From: Eledone cirrhosa | Lineage: Eukaryota | Length of the DNA stretch: 64,000 nucleotides | Assembly: GCA_964016885.1 (NCBI GenBank) | Contig: OZ024744.1 | Location: forward strand, 69,688,001 to 69,752,000 | Direction: 5' to 3' | Part shown: positions 1-12,529 of the stretch, in pieces | Numbering within the stretch: position 1 is the first letter of the stretch | How the letters are laid out: every line of letters starts with the position of its first letter | Made by a program: the position numbers and the translations under genes | The notes under the pieces: model-generated | The model's input: the letters and a program-made list of their open reading frames with translations, nothing else | The model's database searches: none | What the model was told of the DNA's origin: nothing

Positions 1-3000
1 ACACAGACGCAACCGAAACAACACCACCAAAACCATCACCACAACAACCACGCAAACAAATAAAATCGCATCAACAAAACATACAAAACTTCGTGCTCGT
101 CAGGAGGGCCAACAAGGAACTGATGACCCTCGTAGCACGAAGTGAAAATATACAAAAAGAGGGGGAAATTTTTAAATCGAGCACATTTCGCGTGCCGGAA
201 GATTTATTTCTGGTGCGAATGTCGTTCGATTTATACAAAGAGATACGAGACAGCTTTCCTCGGGACGTGGGAACCCCGAACGTAAAACCCACTTCAAGAC
301 TTTTAAAGGGGTTCCCAAAAGAAACCCCACCAACAATGGAGGTCGAACCACCCGACCTTCACAAGAGCCCAGAAGGTAAGTAAACCTTTCCTCTCTCTCT
401 TTTTAACCTGGCAACATGGCCGTATTAAGAGTAGAAAGTTTAAATGTTCGAGGCCTGGGATCGTCCTGGAAGCAGGGTCACCTGCTCAACGACCTCGGGT
501 CTCTAGAAATGGATGTAATTGCCGTCAGCGAGACCAGGATTTCCGACACGCGCGCACCATCCCCCCATTTTCGACGACTATCAGATCTTTGCATGTTAGC
601 CGACCGGGAATGGGAGGCGGGGTGACAGTGCTGTTTAGGAAAGGCCTGGACCTCGAGGTAAGATCGGTCTTCTGGGACCCGGACGGGAAGTTGGTCGTCC
701 TAGACGTGAACAATACACAAGGTGGTGCCTTTAGACTGGTGGCCGTCTATGCCCCTACTGGGGCAGGACGGCCGGACTTCTTTAGACGCCTGGAAGCCTT
801 TCTGGGTACCTTTCGCCCTTTACTGTTAGCGGGGGACTGGAACGGCATCTTAGACACACGCTGGGACTGTGTGGGAGTATCCGATAGGAGCGGGGGGTGC
901 ACAAGCCTCAAGAACCTGATCAGGATGCGCCAGTGTGAACCTGGACTAACCGCATAGGGTCATCTAGATCGTATATAGACAGGATAGTCATTAGGAAAAT
1001 AGACAGAAATAGTGTAAGTTGTCCACGTTTTGAAACGGTCGCCTATTCAGATCACAAGTTTGTGATCTCTATGCTCGACCTAGATAAGATGCGTAGGTTA
1101 GGACCGGGTTACTGTAAGTCTTACATGTCATTTCTGGCACGTAAGACTTACAGGGACAAGGTCAACAATTTAGTTTAGAAAAAGTTGACAGGGGGAGTCA
1201 TCAAGAATAGATGGTGGTGGGGGGGGGGGACTCCCAAAAGAGAGATTAGAGTAATGTCGATAGAGTTTAGCAAAGAAGTAGCGTTAGAGAAAAATAGAAA
1301 GGAGGGGGAGTTGGTAGATAAGTTAGACGAGGCTATTGGTAGTGGCATTGCAACTGACGTGCTAGCAGCGAGAATGGCATTAGACCATTTCTTCAATGCG
1401 AAACACGAAGGTTGCATTGTCAGAGCTAAGGCGCGTGCTCTGAGAAACGAGGGAACCAAAGCTGTTCGATGGGCCCGCGTGGCAGAGGCGCAGCGTGGTA
1501 ATAAAACCACGATTCAGTCTTTGACGGACCGAGACGGACACGAGCTGAGCGATTCCAAGCGGATGTGTGAGGCCTTTCGCCAACATTTTGCTATGTTGTT
1601 CGGTGGAAGTGGCGGGTCAGAGACGGTGGCGGACTTCAGTCCCTACCTCGATGGCTTGCCGCAACTCTCGAGGGCTGACGCTGGGCGGTGCGAAAGGCTA
1701 ATTACTTCAGCCGAGATTCAGGATGCCCTTGTCGGCTGCATGAGACGCAAGTCACCCGGTTTGGATGGTCTGCACTACGAGCTTTACGTAAATATGCCAG
1801 ACGTGTTCTCCAATCTCCTCGAAGCCCTCCACTGCAACTGGCAGCAAAACGGGAGTATTCCCAGTTCTGATAAGGAAAGACGAGAACAAGAGGGACACAT
1901 TAGACAATTTCAGGTCCATAACTCTGTTCAACACAGAGTTTAAGATTTTGGCCAGGGTATTAGCGAAGAGATTGGCGCTTGTCGTCGCGGATTTGGTTGG
2001 GGAGGCGCAAACTTGCGCAATCCCAACCAGATCCATACACGATAACCTCCACCTAATGCGATACCTCATAGAGAGGGTAGGGTGTAAACCTGGCTTCGGT
2101 GGGGCACTGATCAATTTAGATCAATCGAAAGCATTCGATAGGGTCGACCATCGCTACCTGGAGGCTGTCCTCAAGGCGGCTGGCTTCGGCCCCGTCTTCA
2201 GAAGCTGGATCGCTGCAATGCACAGCGGCACCTGCTCGGTGGTCAAAATTAATGGCCATCTCTCGGAACCGTTTCAGAGTTCCCAATCGGTCCGTCAAGG
2301 GTGCCCTCTCTCCTCCCTTCTGTACGTATTGACTCTCGAGCCTTTACTGCGGAAGCTGGAGCTGTTGCAGGGCATCCCGCTCGAACCGGGACGCGGAAAG
2401 GCTGTGTCGGCTTATGCCCACGACAACACCGTGATGGTGTCGGGCACCTCAGAAATCGAGGTGGTCGGCAACTTATTGGAGGAATATGAAAGGTTGACGG
2501 GAGCCAAACTTAACCCGGAAAAGTCGGTGGGCTTGCAACTCAGCACCTGGAGAGGCAAGTCCATGCCATCCAACAGCGTCGTTAGGCGCTGGACGGACGG
2601 ACCGGTAAAGTTGCTCGGGGTTTGGTTCGGACCAGACCTCCAGGTGGATAAGAATTGGGACGAGGTGACGGGCAGAGTAGCCAGTCTCACCCAGAAATGG
2701 GCTGGGAGGAAGCTATCACTGAAAGGTCGGGTGGAGGTGGCGAACGCGTACATCGCGTCCGTCATCTACTACCGTCTGACCGTCGTCCCTTGCCCCCGTT
2801 CGCGCCTCGCCATCTTGGGGCGGCTCCTCTTCAAATTCTTGTGGAGGGGTCAGGTTCCGCTGGTGAGGCGGTCCATCTGCTGCCAGCACCCTCTACGTGG
2901 ATGGCTGGGCATGCCGTGGCTAATGATGCGCGAACACGCGCTGAGGCTGCGGCATCTCTAGATATTCTTCCTAAACGGTGAACAGGTGTGGTCGCCGTTT

Positions 3001-3681
3001 GTCAGACGGGCATTTCCGCAGCTCTTTTCTTTGACTGAGCTGCAGTACTGGGCCAAGAAGAGACCGAGACTGGGTGACTGGCATCTGGAATGTTGCCAGG
3101 CACTCACTGCCCTCTACCAGGCGGGCAATGCGGTCAGTGGAACTTCCACTCTCGAGTTCTATAGAGGATTACTGGTGCGAAAGTGCGACGACGCACTCGG
3201 AGAGGCTCTGGGAGTCGACGAAGTCGAACTAACCAGTCTGTTCCGGAGGACTTTCGAGCCGGGGACGATCGATAATTTCCAAAAATCACTCGCTTGGCAG
3301 TGCTATCGGGGGGCACTGCCGGTTCGAGATAAACTCTACAGGCACGGAAGTGCTGTCAGACGGACCCGCCCGAGATGCGCGCAGAACGACGAAACCGTTC
3401 TGCACGCACTCGTCCAGTGTCCGTGCATTACTGACTTGTGGAGTTATGTCGAACAACTGTTGTCGCGTGTAGAACGGATCCGGCTATCGGCCGAGTCCAT
3501 AGTGAAAATCGACCCGCCGCCTTCTTTTGGCCAGGAAGGGCAGTCAATTTTCCTCTGTCTGGTGGCAGTAGCGAAAGAGGTTGTATGGTGGACGAGGTTG
3601 AAAGGACTGAAGACAGACACTTTTCTCTTCAGCCAATCCCTCATCAACTTCTTCAAGTTTCACTTGGAAAGGAAGGTGAGG
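1..3681 (+). mobile_element. Tx1/L1-clade non-LTR retrotransposon, degenerate (probable ORF1 end, then ORF2: APE endonuclease, RT, zf-RVT)
   Basis: ORF pieces give APE motifs (SLNVRGL..SETR, VAVYAP, GDWN, SDH), RT motifs (KSPGLDGL, LDQSKAFDRVDH, QGCPLS, AYAHD) and a C-terminal C..ETVLHALVQC knuckle; stops and frameshifts; cut at 3682 by (GTA)n. Confidence 0.93.
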
Positions 3682-3684
3682 GTG

Positions 3685-3750
<66 letters not shown>

Positions 3751-3751
3751 A

Positions 3752-3831
<80 letters not shown>

Positions 3832-3838
3832 TTAGTAG
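3682..3838. repeat. (GTA)n/(GTG)n microsatellite
   Basis: Direct reading. Confidence 0.97.
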
Positions 3839-3891
3839 TGTCAATAACGTCAAAAGCATTATATGAAGCAGAAGATCGTTGATATATATAT

Positions 3892-3969
3892 ATTGCCTCG
3901 TCTGACGAACGAATGAAGTCGTTTATTTCGTATTCGCCTCATTCGGGAAACCTCTGGTAATGAGGTAAT
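3892..3969 (+). ncRNA. Type-I hammerhead ribozyme
   Basis: Stem I attgcctcgt/atgaggtaat, CTGACGA at 3902, stem II cgaatga/tcattcg, GAAA at 3947, stem III cc-tct-gg, GTA site 3957-3959. Confidence 0.8.
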
Positions 3970-4247
3970 TATATTGTATTGATTTTATACATTATATATA
4001 TATATATATATATAGTTTTGCGAGGTTTTTTATATGAAATCGTGTGTCGAAACAAATATTGTTATACTTGGGGAGGGTCATATTTGTATAATATTGCCAG
4101 AATTAATAACAGAACACACTCACTGTTTGGTTGGTTTTCGCTTTTCGCTTCTGTGTCTTTTATATCGGTAATCTAATTTATTCGGTCCTCAATGTTGTCA
4201 AAAATAATACAGATACAATATAGACACAAACACATATATATAGTTTA

Positions 4248-4288
4248 TCAAAGTTCTTTCGTTGCACATATGCAACATCGTCAGTGGT
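4248..4288 (-). ncRNA. Minimal PLE-type hammerhead (inverted-arm copy)
   Basis: Reverse complement reads ca CTGACGA t gttgca tatg tgcaac GAAA gaac TT tg; stem I only about 2 bp. Confidence 0.6.
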
Positions 4289-4402
4289 GCTATTGTTTCC
4301 TCCCGTTACATTGTATGTCTACGCCATCTTTATTTAGTCTGTTTATATATTTATTTATTTATTTATTTGTTTGTTTGTTTATTTTATTTTGTCTTCTCAG
4401 CA

Positions 4403-5278
4403 ATGTCCAGTAGTGCTAAGTTTAATATTCTGATCGCAGATTTGGTACGAGTGATGAAGAATGTGTCCCGCATGTGCGACCCAACAGAAATGGAAAGACA
4501 CATCCAACACTTCATCAACCGCATGCAGTTCTCTGGCTACAACCAAAGAGACAGAGTCAGAGTATACGAAGGAGCCATGGAGAAGTATAAGACCCTCATA
4601 GAATTGGACATGAAAGGAATTTGCCCATTATACAGGAGCAAATCATGGAATAGCTTAGATAGGGCTAGACAGAAGATAGGGAAAGCCACCTCATGGTACG
4701 ACAACCAGAGATACCAGAGTGTCATGTTTGTGGACGCTACCCCTGGAGGGAAATTAGCTAACCAGTGTAGAAAGGCCCTGAGAAAGATCCACTTAAAGAT
4801 TAAGGTGGTAGAAAAGCCAGGAACCACCATAAAATCCCTTATCAGCAAAACCTACCCTTTTAAGAAAACCCACTGTACTAATAGGAAATGTATCATATGT
4901 AAGGTAAACCCCCGGATAAACTGTAAAACTAGAAACGTAGTCTATAGCATAAGATGTACAGAGGGTACTTGCAGAAACATGACTACAACATACATAGGCG
5001 AGACAGCTCGTAACATAGGTGAAAAGATAGACCAACACTGGGGGGAACTAAAAGGACGAAAAAACGGGTCAGTACTATACGAACATGCCAGACAACAACA
5101 CGACGGTAACATAGACAACATAGAAATTAGAATAATATCTAAACATAGAAATGACCCAGCAGATAGGCAAATCAGAGAGGCCAGTGAAATAGAACTTAAA
5201 AGGTCAAGACTAAACAGAAAGAATGAATGGAATAACAACAACACCCAAACAAACAACACTGACCTAAGAGAAGTATAA
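4403..5278 (+). CDS. PLE polyprotein C-terminal part (RT thumb, Cys linker, GIY-YIG endonuclease); 5'-truncated
   Basis: SGY, CTNRKCIIC, CKTRNVVYSIRC..YIGETARN, H..QH, E..EI..LNRKNE; the ORF-track N-terminus (4262-4396) is read-through of the inverted arm. Confidence 0.85.
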   Translation: MSSSAKFNILIADLVRVMKNVSRMCDPTEMERHIQHFINRMQFSGYNQRDRVRVYEGAMEKYKTLIELDMKGICPLYRSKSWNSLDRARQKIGKATSWYDNQRYQSVMFVDATPGGKLANQCRKALRKIHLKIKVVEKPGTTIKSLISKTYPFKKTHCTNRKCIICKVNPRINCKTRNVVYSIRCTEGTCRNMTTTYIGETARNIGEKIDQHWGELKGRKNGSVLYEHARQQHDGNIDNIEIRIISKHRNDPADRQIREASEIELKRSRLNRKNEWNNNNTQTNNTDLREV

Positions 5279-5550
5279 ATAAATAAATAAATAGATAAAT
5301 AAATAAATAAATACATACACAAGCACAGTAACAACAAACACATATAAACACACACTAGTAAAGATAGAATACATTAACCGATACACAGTAACCCAATCAC
5401 GAACACACATCAAACAAAACACTATACACACACGCAAACGCATGCGCAAAGAAGACAAAATAAAATAAACAAACAAATAAATAAATAAATATATAAACAG
5501 ACTAAATAAAGATGGCGTAGACATACAATGTAACGGGAGGAAACAATAGC

Positions 5551-5592
5551 ACCACTGACGATGTTTCAGATGTGCAACGAAAGAACTTTGAT
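5551..5592 (+). ncRNA. Minimal PLE-type hammerhead in the 3' pLTR
   Basis: CTGACGA at 5555, stem II with one mismatch, GAAA at 5579, sense to the ORF. Confidence 0.55.
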
Positions 5593-5794
5593 AAACTATA
5601 TATATGTGTTTGTGTCTATATTGTATCTGTATTATTTTTGACGGTTGGTCAGTCAATGGCAACATTGAGGACCGAATAAATTAGATTAACCGATATAAAA
5701 GACACAGAAGCGAAAAGCGAAAACCAACCAAACAGTGAGTGTGTTCTGTTATTAATTCTGGCAATATTACACAAATATGACCTTCCCCAAGTAT

Positions 5795-5888
<94 letters not shown>

Positions 5889-5998
5889 GTGAAAAATCAA
5901 AAAGAAAAAAAATATCTGTATATATAAACAGACTGTCAACAAACAAATTGTGAGTGAACCTCAGCCATGATGAAATTTAATTTAGTTATTGTGGATAA

Positions 5999-6043
<45 letters not shown>

Positions 6044-6411
6044 ATGTGTGTGTGCGTATGTGTGTGTATGTGTGTGTATGTATGTGTATGTGTGTGTGTG
6101 TGTGTGCGCGTATGTGTGTGTGTATGTGTATGTGTGTGTGTCTGTGTATGTGTGTATGTGTGTGTCTGTGTGTGTTAGTGTGTGTGTGTGTGTGTGTGTG
6201 TCTGTGTGTGTGTCTGTGTGTGTGTCTGTCTGTGTGTGTGTTTGTATGTGTATATGTGTGTGTCTGTGTCTGTGTTAGTGTGTGTCTGTGAGTGTGTGTG
6301 TGTGTATGTGTGTGTATATGTGTGTTTGTATGTGTGTGTGTGTGTGTGCATGTGTGTGTATGTGTGTGTATGTGTGCATATGTGTGTGTGTATGTGTGTG
6401 TGTGTATGTGT
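5999..6411. repeat. Degenerate (TG)n microsatellite
   Basis: Direct reading. Confidence 0.95.
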
Positions 6412-6655
6412 GATCTATATTTACCATGTAGAGTTCAAGAGTCTACATGACAATATATTCAGTATGTTCAGTAGTCCAATACGTTGATTTGACAATCATT
6501 CTAGTATATCTTAAATATAAAGGAATTTAAAAGAATACTTACACATATTTCTTCCAAGTGGCAAATATTGCCCCACAGTGCAAAATCTGAATAAAGCAAA
6601 CTGCATGTTTTCCAGCACTGAAACAGCAAACAATTGATATATATATATATATATA

Positions 6656-6844
6656 CAGGTAAAATTCCGTTATAACGAATACCATTATAACGAATTTTTC
6701 AGTATAACGAATTTTTTTTTTCAATCCCCAAGGTAATAACAAACAAACGCATGTTCTGTTTCGGTTGATCTCGTTATGAAGAATTTTTCGTTACAACGAA
6801 TTTTTTTATACCCCCGTGAATTTTGTTATAACGGAATTTCACTG
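6656..6844. mobile_element. Tc1/mariner-pogo (Tigger-like) MITE
   Basis: TIRs cag(g)taaaattccgttataac / gttataacggaatttcactg; TA on both sides; internal ttataacgaa repeats. Confidence 0.8.
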
Positions 6845-6869
6845 TATATATATATGTGTGTGTGTGTAA

Positions 6870-6900
<31 letters not shown>

Positions 6901-6969
6901 ATAAATGTAATCTGAGTTTTCGAATATTTCCGGGTATTATCCCTTCTTCAGTACAGTTCAAATATACAG

Positions 6970-7085
6970 TGATTGATCGGCCTGATTTGCATATTAGCAG
7001 ACTGGCTGCTCAGTCAGATCTCCATATTAGCAGATCCACTGATCAGCCATATTTGCATATCAGCAGACTGGCCAGTCAGTCTCCT
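6970..7085. repeat. ~33-bp minisatellite (catattagcagactggc...)
   Basis: 3-4 degenerate tandem units. Confidence 0.65.
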
Positions 7086-7146
7086 GTATACGAGCGATTA
7101 ATGGCCAGGCTTGTTTGCTTAAAATTGCAAACGAATCAAGGCGTCC

Positions 7147-7298
7147 GGTAGAGGGTCGGACGCCATGCTTTGACGCATAGAGTTACGGTCCTTGCTATTC
7201 TGAGTTCAAATCCCGCCGAGGTTTACTTTGCCTTTCATCCTTACGGGGTCGATAAAATAAAGTACCAGTAATGCACTGGGTAAAAGTAGAAACAATTA
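7147..7298 (+). mobile_element. tRNA-derived SINE (family A)
   Basis: B-box-like gagttcaaatcc, then ctttgcctttcatccttacggggtcgataaaataaagtaccag; more than 10 copies in the window. Confidence 0.85.
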
Positions 7299-7503
7299 TT
7301 AATATTATTATTCGAAAAACTCAGTTTACATTTATTGTATTGCGAAATTTTTTTTATTTTTTTTATTTGGCAAAGCCGGCCATTAATCGTACGATTTGGT
7401 GATCCAGCCGGATCAATTAGAGGTGGTTTCTTCTGAGAGGACCCGCTGGAAGGAGTGTTATAGGACTCTGCCCCCCCCCCCACACACACACTAAGGTCTA
7501 AGT

Positions 7504-7574
7504 GGAAGAAGAAGAAGAAGAAGAAGAAGAAGAAGAAGAAGAAGAAGAAGAAGAAGAAGAAGAAGAAGAAGAAG
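7504..7574. repeat. (GAA)n microsatellite
   Basis: Direct reading. Confidence 0.97.
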
Positions 7575-7789
7575 ACGTTTATGTAAGTCAAAGATATGCA
7601 GGTAAAGCGACTCTTTTGACCATAAAGTGAACTTTTAGCCGTCCACCGTTTTATTGACTATATAAATGGAAGGCAAAGATGATCTGTTTCACTCTCGCTC
7701 TCCTATCTCTTTACCCCCCCCCCCCCTCCACCTCTCTCTCTCTGTCAGGTACAGCAAAGAAACTGGCATCATATATTTTAATGTATACA

Positions 7790-8240
7790 ACCAAGCTATT
7801 ATTTGTTTGCTTATTAGCCCGTTTCAACCTGAGCCGCAGTGACAAAATCCCTCCACCATACATCTTGATCCAACAACACCACCTTCAGGTCCTTGACACA
7901 GTTCAGGCCAGTGTCTTTGACCAGGTTGTCGTTGTAAGTGTATCGGTTTTTCCTCTCCTTGTAACTCCATGAAATGAGTTCCAAATTACTAACTTGGATG
8001 GTTCCGGGTGTCACACACAGTGACCAGATATGTGAAGCCGTATTTGCTTGATCTTTTCGGTGACTTTTGGCAGGTCTCCATAAAGGCATTTATTTGTCAT
8101 ATGTGGCTGCCATGTCACATTAAGGGCCATTCGTAGCCGGTTTGTTAACTTTTCAGCCAGTGTCCATGTTTCACTGCCATACAAAAGTATGGATTCAAAA
8201 ATTGCAAGGAAAAGTTTGATTTTGATACTCTAGGCAATTT
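7790..8240 (-). mobile_element. RTE-clade LINE 3' fragment
   Basis: Minus strand reads SILLYGSETWTL..RMALNVTWQ. Confidence 0.7.
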
Positions 8241-8902
8241 GAAGCAATAACCCGCTAATTATATTTAAGTTAGAGATATTTAATATACCAATATTCTGAT
8301 AGATAGTCATTTTGTTTTTGTGTTTTTTTTCTTCTTTTTTTTTCTTTTTTGGGGATAGGGGTGTCTTCTTCGTTGAATTCTTTCAAATTCTTTTACATAC
8401 GGTATATTTATGTTATCAGGAGAAATTTTATTCCAGCATTAATTTAATCATACTTATTACATAAGTTAACCTTGAATTGTTTTAGTGCCAATTTATATGT
8501 ATAATTAGAGTTGTTTCTGGAAAGTCATTTACATCTCAGACAGACTGTGAATTATTAAGAAGTTCCGCTTCAATTTCTCACTTTCCATCTATATATTGAA
8601 CTATTTTTGGTTCTAGGTTAGTCTCTACTAAGCTCAAGATAGCGGTGATAGCATATTTTTGGCTTCGCCAATAAGTTGCTGCTAGAAATACATGTGTGTC
8701 GAGCAGGAACATTAACCTCGACATATAATATATATATTTTTATGTATGCATAAACAAATTGCTATTTTAGTATAGTAAGCTAATAAGATATATGCCCCCA
8801 GTATGGCCCCTGTCTAATGTCTGAAACCAGTAAAAGGATAAAATTATATATACACACACTCACACACACAGACACACGCACACACACACGCACACACACA
8901 CG

Positions 8903-9075
<173 letters not shown>

Positions 9076-9336
9076 CAGGCAACCGCTCTGTATAATCAGC
9101 TCCTGATTATTACTGGAATTCTATAAGAATCCAGCTTCTATAATTTTCGGTGGAAGAGGGCAGTACGTAGCTCTGATGATTGCCAACAGCATGAGACAGA
9201 CTGTTAGCTTCTCTGCCTTCTTTCGCCGAAAAGAAGTAAGGGACATGGTCACTACTTTAAAAATGATAGCGTAAGGTCTTCTAAATGTTTTTAATTAAAC
9301 ATCCGGTATATTGCCAAATATACTATACATACGTTC

Positions 9337-9378
<42 letters not shown>

Positions 9379-9393
9379 CAAATCTATATATAT

Positions 9394-9590
9394 ATAAGAA
9401 AAGGGTTAGGACCCCGACGGCTGAGCTCCGACCATTTCGACAGCTAGATCCGAACAGTTCAGATCTAGCTGTCGAAACGGCCGGGGCTCAGCCGTCGGGG
9501 TCCTGACTCTTTTCTTATTACCCACTCTACTACCCTAAGTATCGAGTACTCTGGTGCGTTATGGTCAACCTGGTTTCTTACCACACTTTA
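9394..9590 (+). mobile_element. Fold-back element, family F1 (3' half of a hammerhead plus tail)
   Basis: 62-bp arms 9394-9455 and 9457-9518; GAAAcggc..gccgTC; tail shared with 30246, 31119, 36720 and 63128. Confidence 0.8.
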
Positions 9591-9630
<40 letters not shown>

Positions 9631-10050
9631 TGTGTGTGTATAGGTATTTGTTTGTTTGTGTTGGTGTGTGGGTGTGAGTGGGTGTGAGTGGGGGTGAGCT
9701 CTTACACAAACGAACTATGCTCAATTATGCTTCATCTGTACCTTTCCACTCTTTTTTTTTTGTTTTTGGGGGGTCAAACATTCTGTATCTTTCATTACAT
9801 GAAACAATGTGTTCTGTCTTCTTTAAACATATTAGAGTGAGATCTAAACATCTGAATGGTACTTCTGCAGATCGAGTGGGAATTGAAAGACTAGTTTGGC
9901 GACTGACTTCGTAGTGTGGTGTTTGAATATGATTTATAAAGTAGTTCTTGTAGCAGAAATATTTTGGGATAACATCTTGTATAACCTTTTTCAAATGTAG
10001 AAGAAATCTAAGATGACAGGAAGATATTTGATGTTGAGGAAACGTTTTTT

Positions 10051-10240
10051 ATCATCATCAACATCAACGTCATCATCATCATCATCATCGTCATCGTCAT
10101 GATCATCATCACCACCATGTTCAACAGCACGGCCATCCTCTTCTTTCTCCTCCCGCTTCTTCATCATCATCATCATCATCATCATCCTCCTCCTCCTCCT
10201 CATCATCATCATCATCAACATCAACATCATCACCATCATC

Positions 10241-10303
<63 letters not shown>

Positions 10304-10389
10304 TTCATCACACCATCACCATCATCATCATCTTCATCACACCATCAACATCACCATCACCATCATCATCATCATCATCTTTATCACAC

Positions 10390-10435
<46 letters not shown>

Positions 10436-10633
10436 GTCATCAACATCATCGTCATCATCATCATCGTCATCATCACTATCACGTCATCATCGTCATCATC
10501 ATCATCGTCATTATCACTATCACGTCATCATCGTCATCAATATCATCCTTAACATCATCATCACCACCACCACCACCATCATCGTCATCATCACTATCAC
10601 GTCATCATCGTCATCATCATCACTATCACCACT

Positions 10634-10668
<35 letters not shown>

Positions 10669-10820
10669 AATCATCATCATAATCATCGTCATCATCATCA
10701 TCATAATCATCATTATCAACAACAACAACAACATCATCATCATCATTAACAACAACAACAACGACAACGACAACGACAACAACAACAACGATAACAACAA
10801 CGATAACAACAACAGCAACA
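10051..10820. repeat. (CAT)n/(CAA)n compound microsatellite
   Basis: Direct reading; the poly-His and poly-Met ORFs are artefacts. Confidence 0.95.
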
Positions 10821-11184
10821 ATCGGTTGCATATTTATCGGTCCATTATCGGCAATTCCTTAAGGTCAGGGATGATTGACCACCAGATTTAACTCCTAAGA
10901 CTTCCATCATAGAATATCTGTGTCCATTCTCATATTGATGTCACACTTTTTCATATTTAACCGAATAATTAAGAAATTCTCTTTGCAATCATTCGGCCCA
11001 GGTTCAATCCTGGAGAGATGTCATTTATCATAGCTCCTGGTCATGCTTTGTAAGTGAAACCGGGAAGACGGAAATTGTTTCAAAGCCCATCGAATGGACT
11101 ATACCTACGTCACGTTGAATCTTCGTGTCTGTGGAATGCTAAACCTCTTACACATTAATATAACGAAAAACAGGAGGAACATAC

Positions 11185-11800
11185 GTTGTCGAAACCGACA
11201 GAAATCTATCCAGCCTCTTCGAACTGCTTCATTTGTCCTACTCACCATTTCCTTAGTGTACCTGGGAGTAAAACTATTGTTTGTACAACAGATGATCCGT
11301 CAATGAAACGGATGTCACGTAATGGTGGCTTCCATACAAAAGATATTAGCTTGTTCCTGCCCGCTGACATTCTTTTATCTGTTCTGGCACTGTATGTACA
11401 TAATTTTCCTCAGATAACTCAGATCGTATATTTTCGGCATATGTTGATATCATCTATATATCTTGTCTAGGGTTCAAAACCGTATAGCAGAGCGGATATA
11501 AAACTGTGTTATGCACTGTAAATTTAGTTGGTTGTCTCTGTTCAGGATTTTTATATATCCGTCATCTTAGGTAACTAAAGGTTGTGCAGGTATAATTTTA
11601 TCTGATGTTGCATATCCTTATCAATATCTATGGCAAATGACTATCCAGACATTGAAAGAGCTCTAGATTTTCCCCTATTTGTGCAAATAGCTTGTCCAGG
11701 TTCTTCTTTGTTGGATACTTATTGATGCAAAACATTTGTTTTTAGTTCTTTTGAGATTTGGAGATATGCTCTCATAGGCGTCAATGGTAATGTCAATAAA
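11185..11800 (-). mobile_element. RTE/BovB-like LINE fragment, highly decayed
   Basis: Minus strand reads SALLYGFEP*TRY. Confidence 0.5.
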
Positions 11801-12138
11801 AGTAGTTCTAACTGGTACATATAACTACTGAAGGTCATTTATCGATGTAATCATGATCTTTGTTCTAGCACGGAGTTTGCCATGGTTAAATACCTTGCTA
11901 TCATGTGGTATGAGAATTTAGCGACAGATGGAAATTGGCTCATACTGAGGTCAAACAGAGCTGAGAGAAAAATAGAAAATGGTGCAGGGGGAATTATATA
12001 TATAACTATAGAGGGCTTGTAGTTGATATTGGTCACCTTCTCCAATGCATGCACTGTTTGAGTTAAATATTAGTATAAAAAATACAATGTCCCTGTACAC
12101 TCCATCGGTTGGGAAAGTATGTGTAGCCAGAGACTTTC

Positions 12139-12420
12139 TTGAAAGGAAAAAGACTTGAAGTAGTGGGCAGCTTGATGTATTTCGGATGTTCACTTAGTAG
12201 AGATGGTACCCACAATGCTGAAACAGATCACAGGATTGTGAAAGCGAGTCTTGCTTTCGGGAAGCTTGAGAAGCGTGTCTGGTCAGATCGCGGTATCACG
12301 AGAAACACAAAGCTGACTGTGTGTGAGGTCTGTGTTCTCACAGCCCTGTTATTTGGATGCGAAACGTAGACAACTTACAAGCAGTATATCTGACAGCTGG
12401 AAAGGTTTCCTCGGCAACGT
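12139..12420 (+). mobile_element. RTE/BovB-like LINE fragment
   Basis: RIVKASLAFGKLEKRVW..TKLTV..LLFGCET. Confidence 0.75.
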
Positions 12421-12529
12421 ATAAAAAATATTAAGTGTGACATACTTACACTATGACATCCATCTGAACATTCGTGTCTCATGTCATCATTTGTAGTCAT
12501 AAACTAAGAATGGAAAATAAAATAATAAT

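Larger units (their letters stand above)
4015..5800 (+). mobile_element. 5'-truncated Penelope-like element with inverted terminal arms
   Basis: GIY-YIG ORF flanked by inverted repeats ~4057-4396 and ~5451-5800; hammerhead in the arms; (TA)n on both sides. Confidence 0.88.

Noticed and set aside
118-152. CTGATGA..GAAA hammerhead-like string
   Set aside because: No stem I or stem III pairing; lies in LINE sequence
6920-6955. Minus-strand CTGAAGA-ggg/ccc-GAAA
   Set aside because: Core present but no convincing stem I; at most a decayed motif
9991-10831. Poly-His, poly-Met and poly-Asp ORFs
   Set aside because: Translations of a (CAT)n microsatellite
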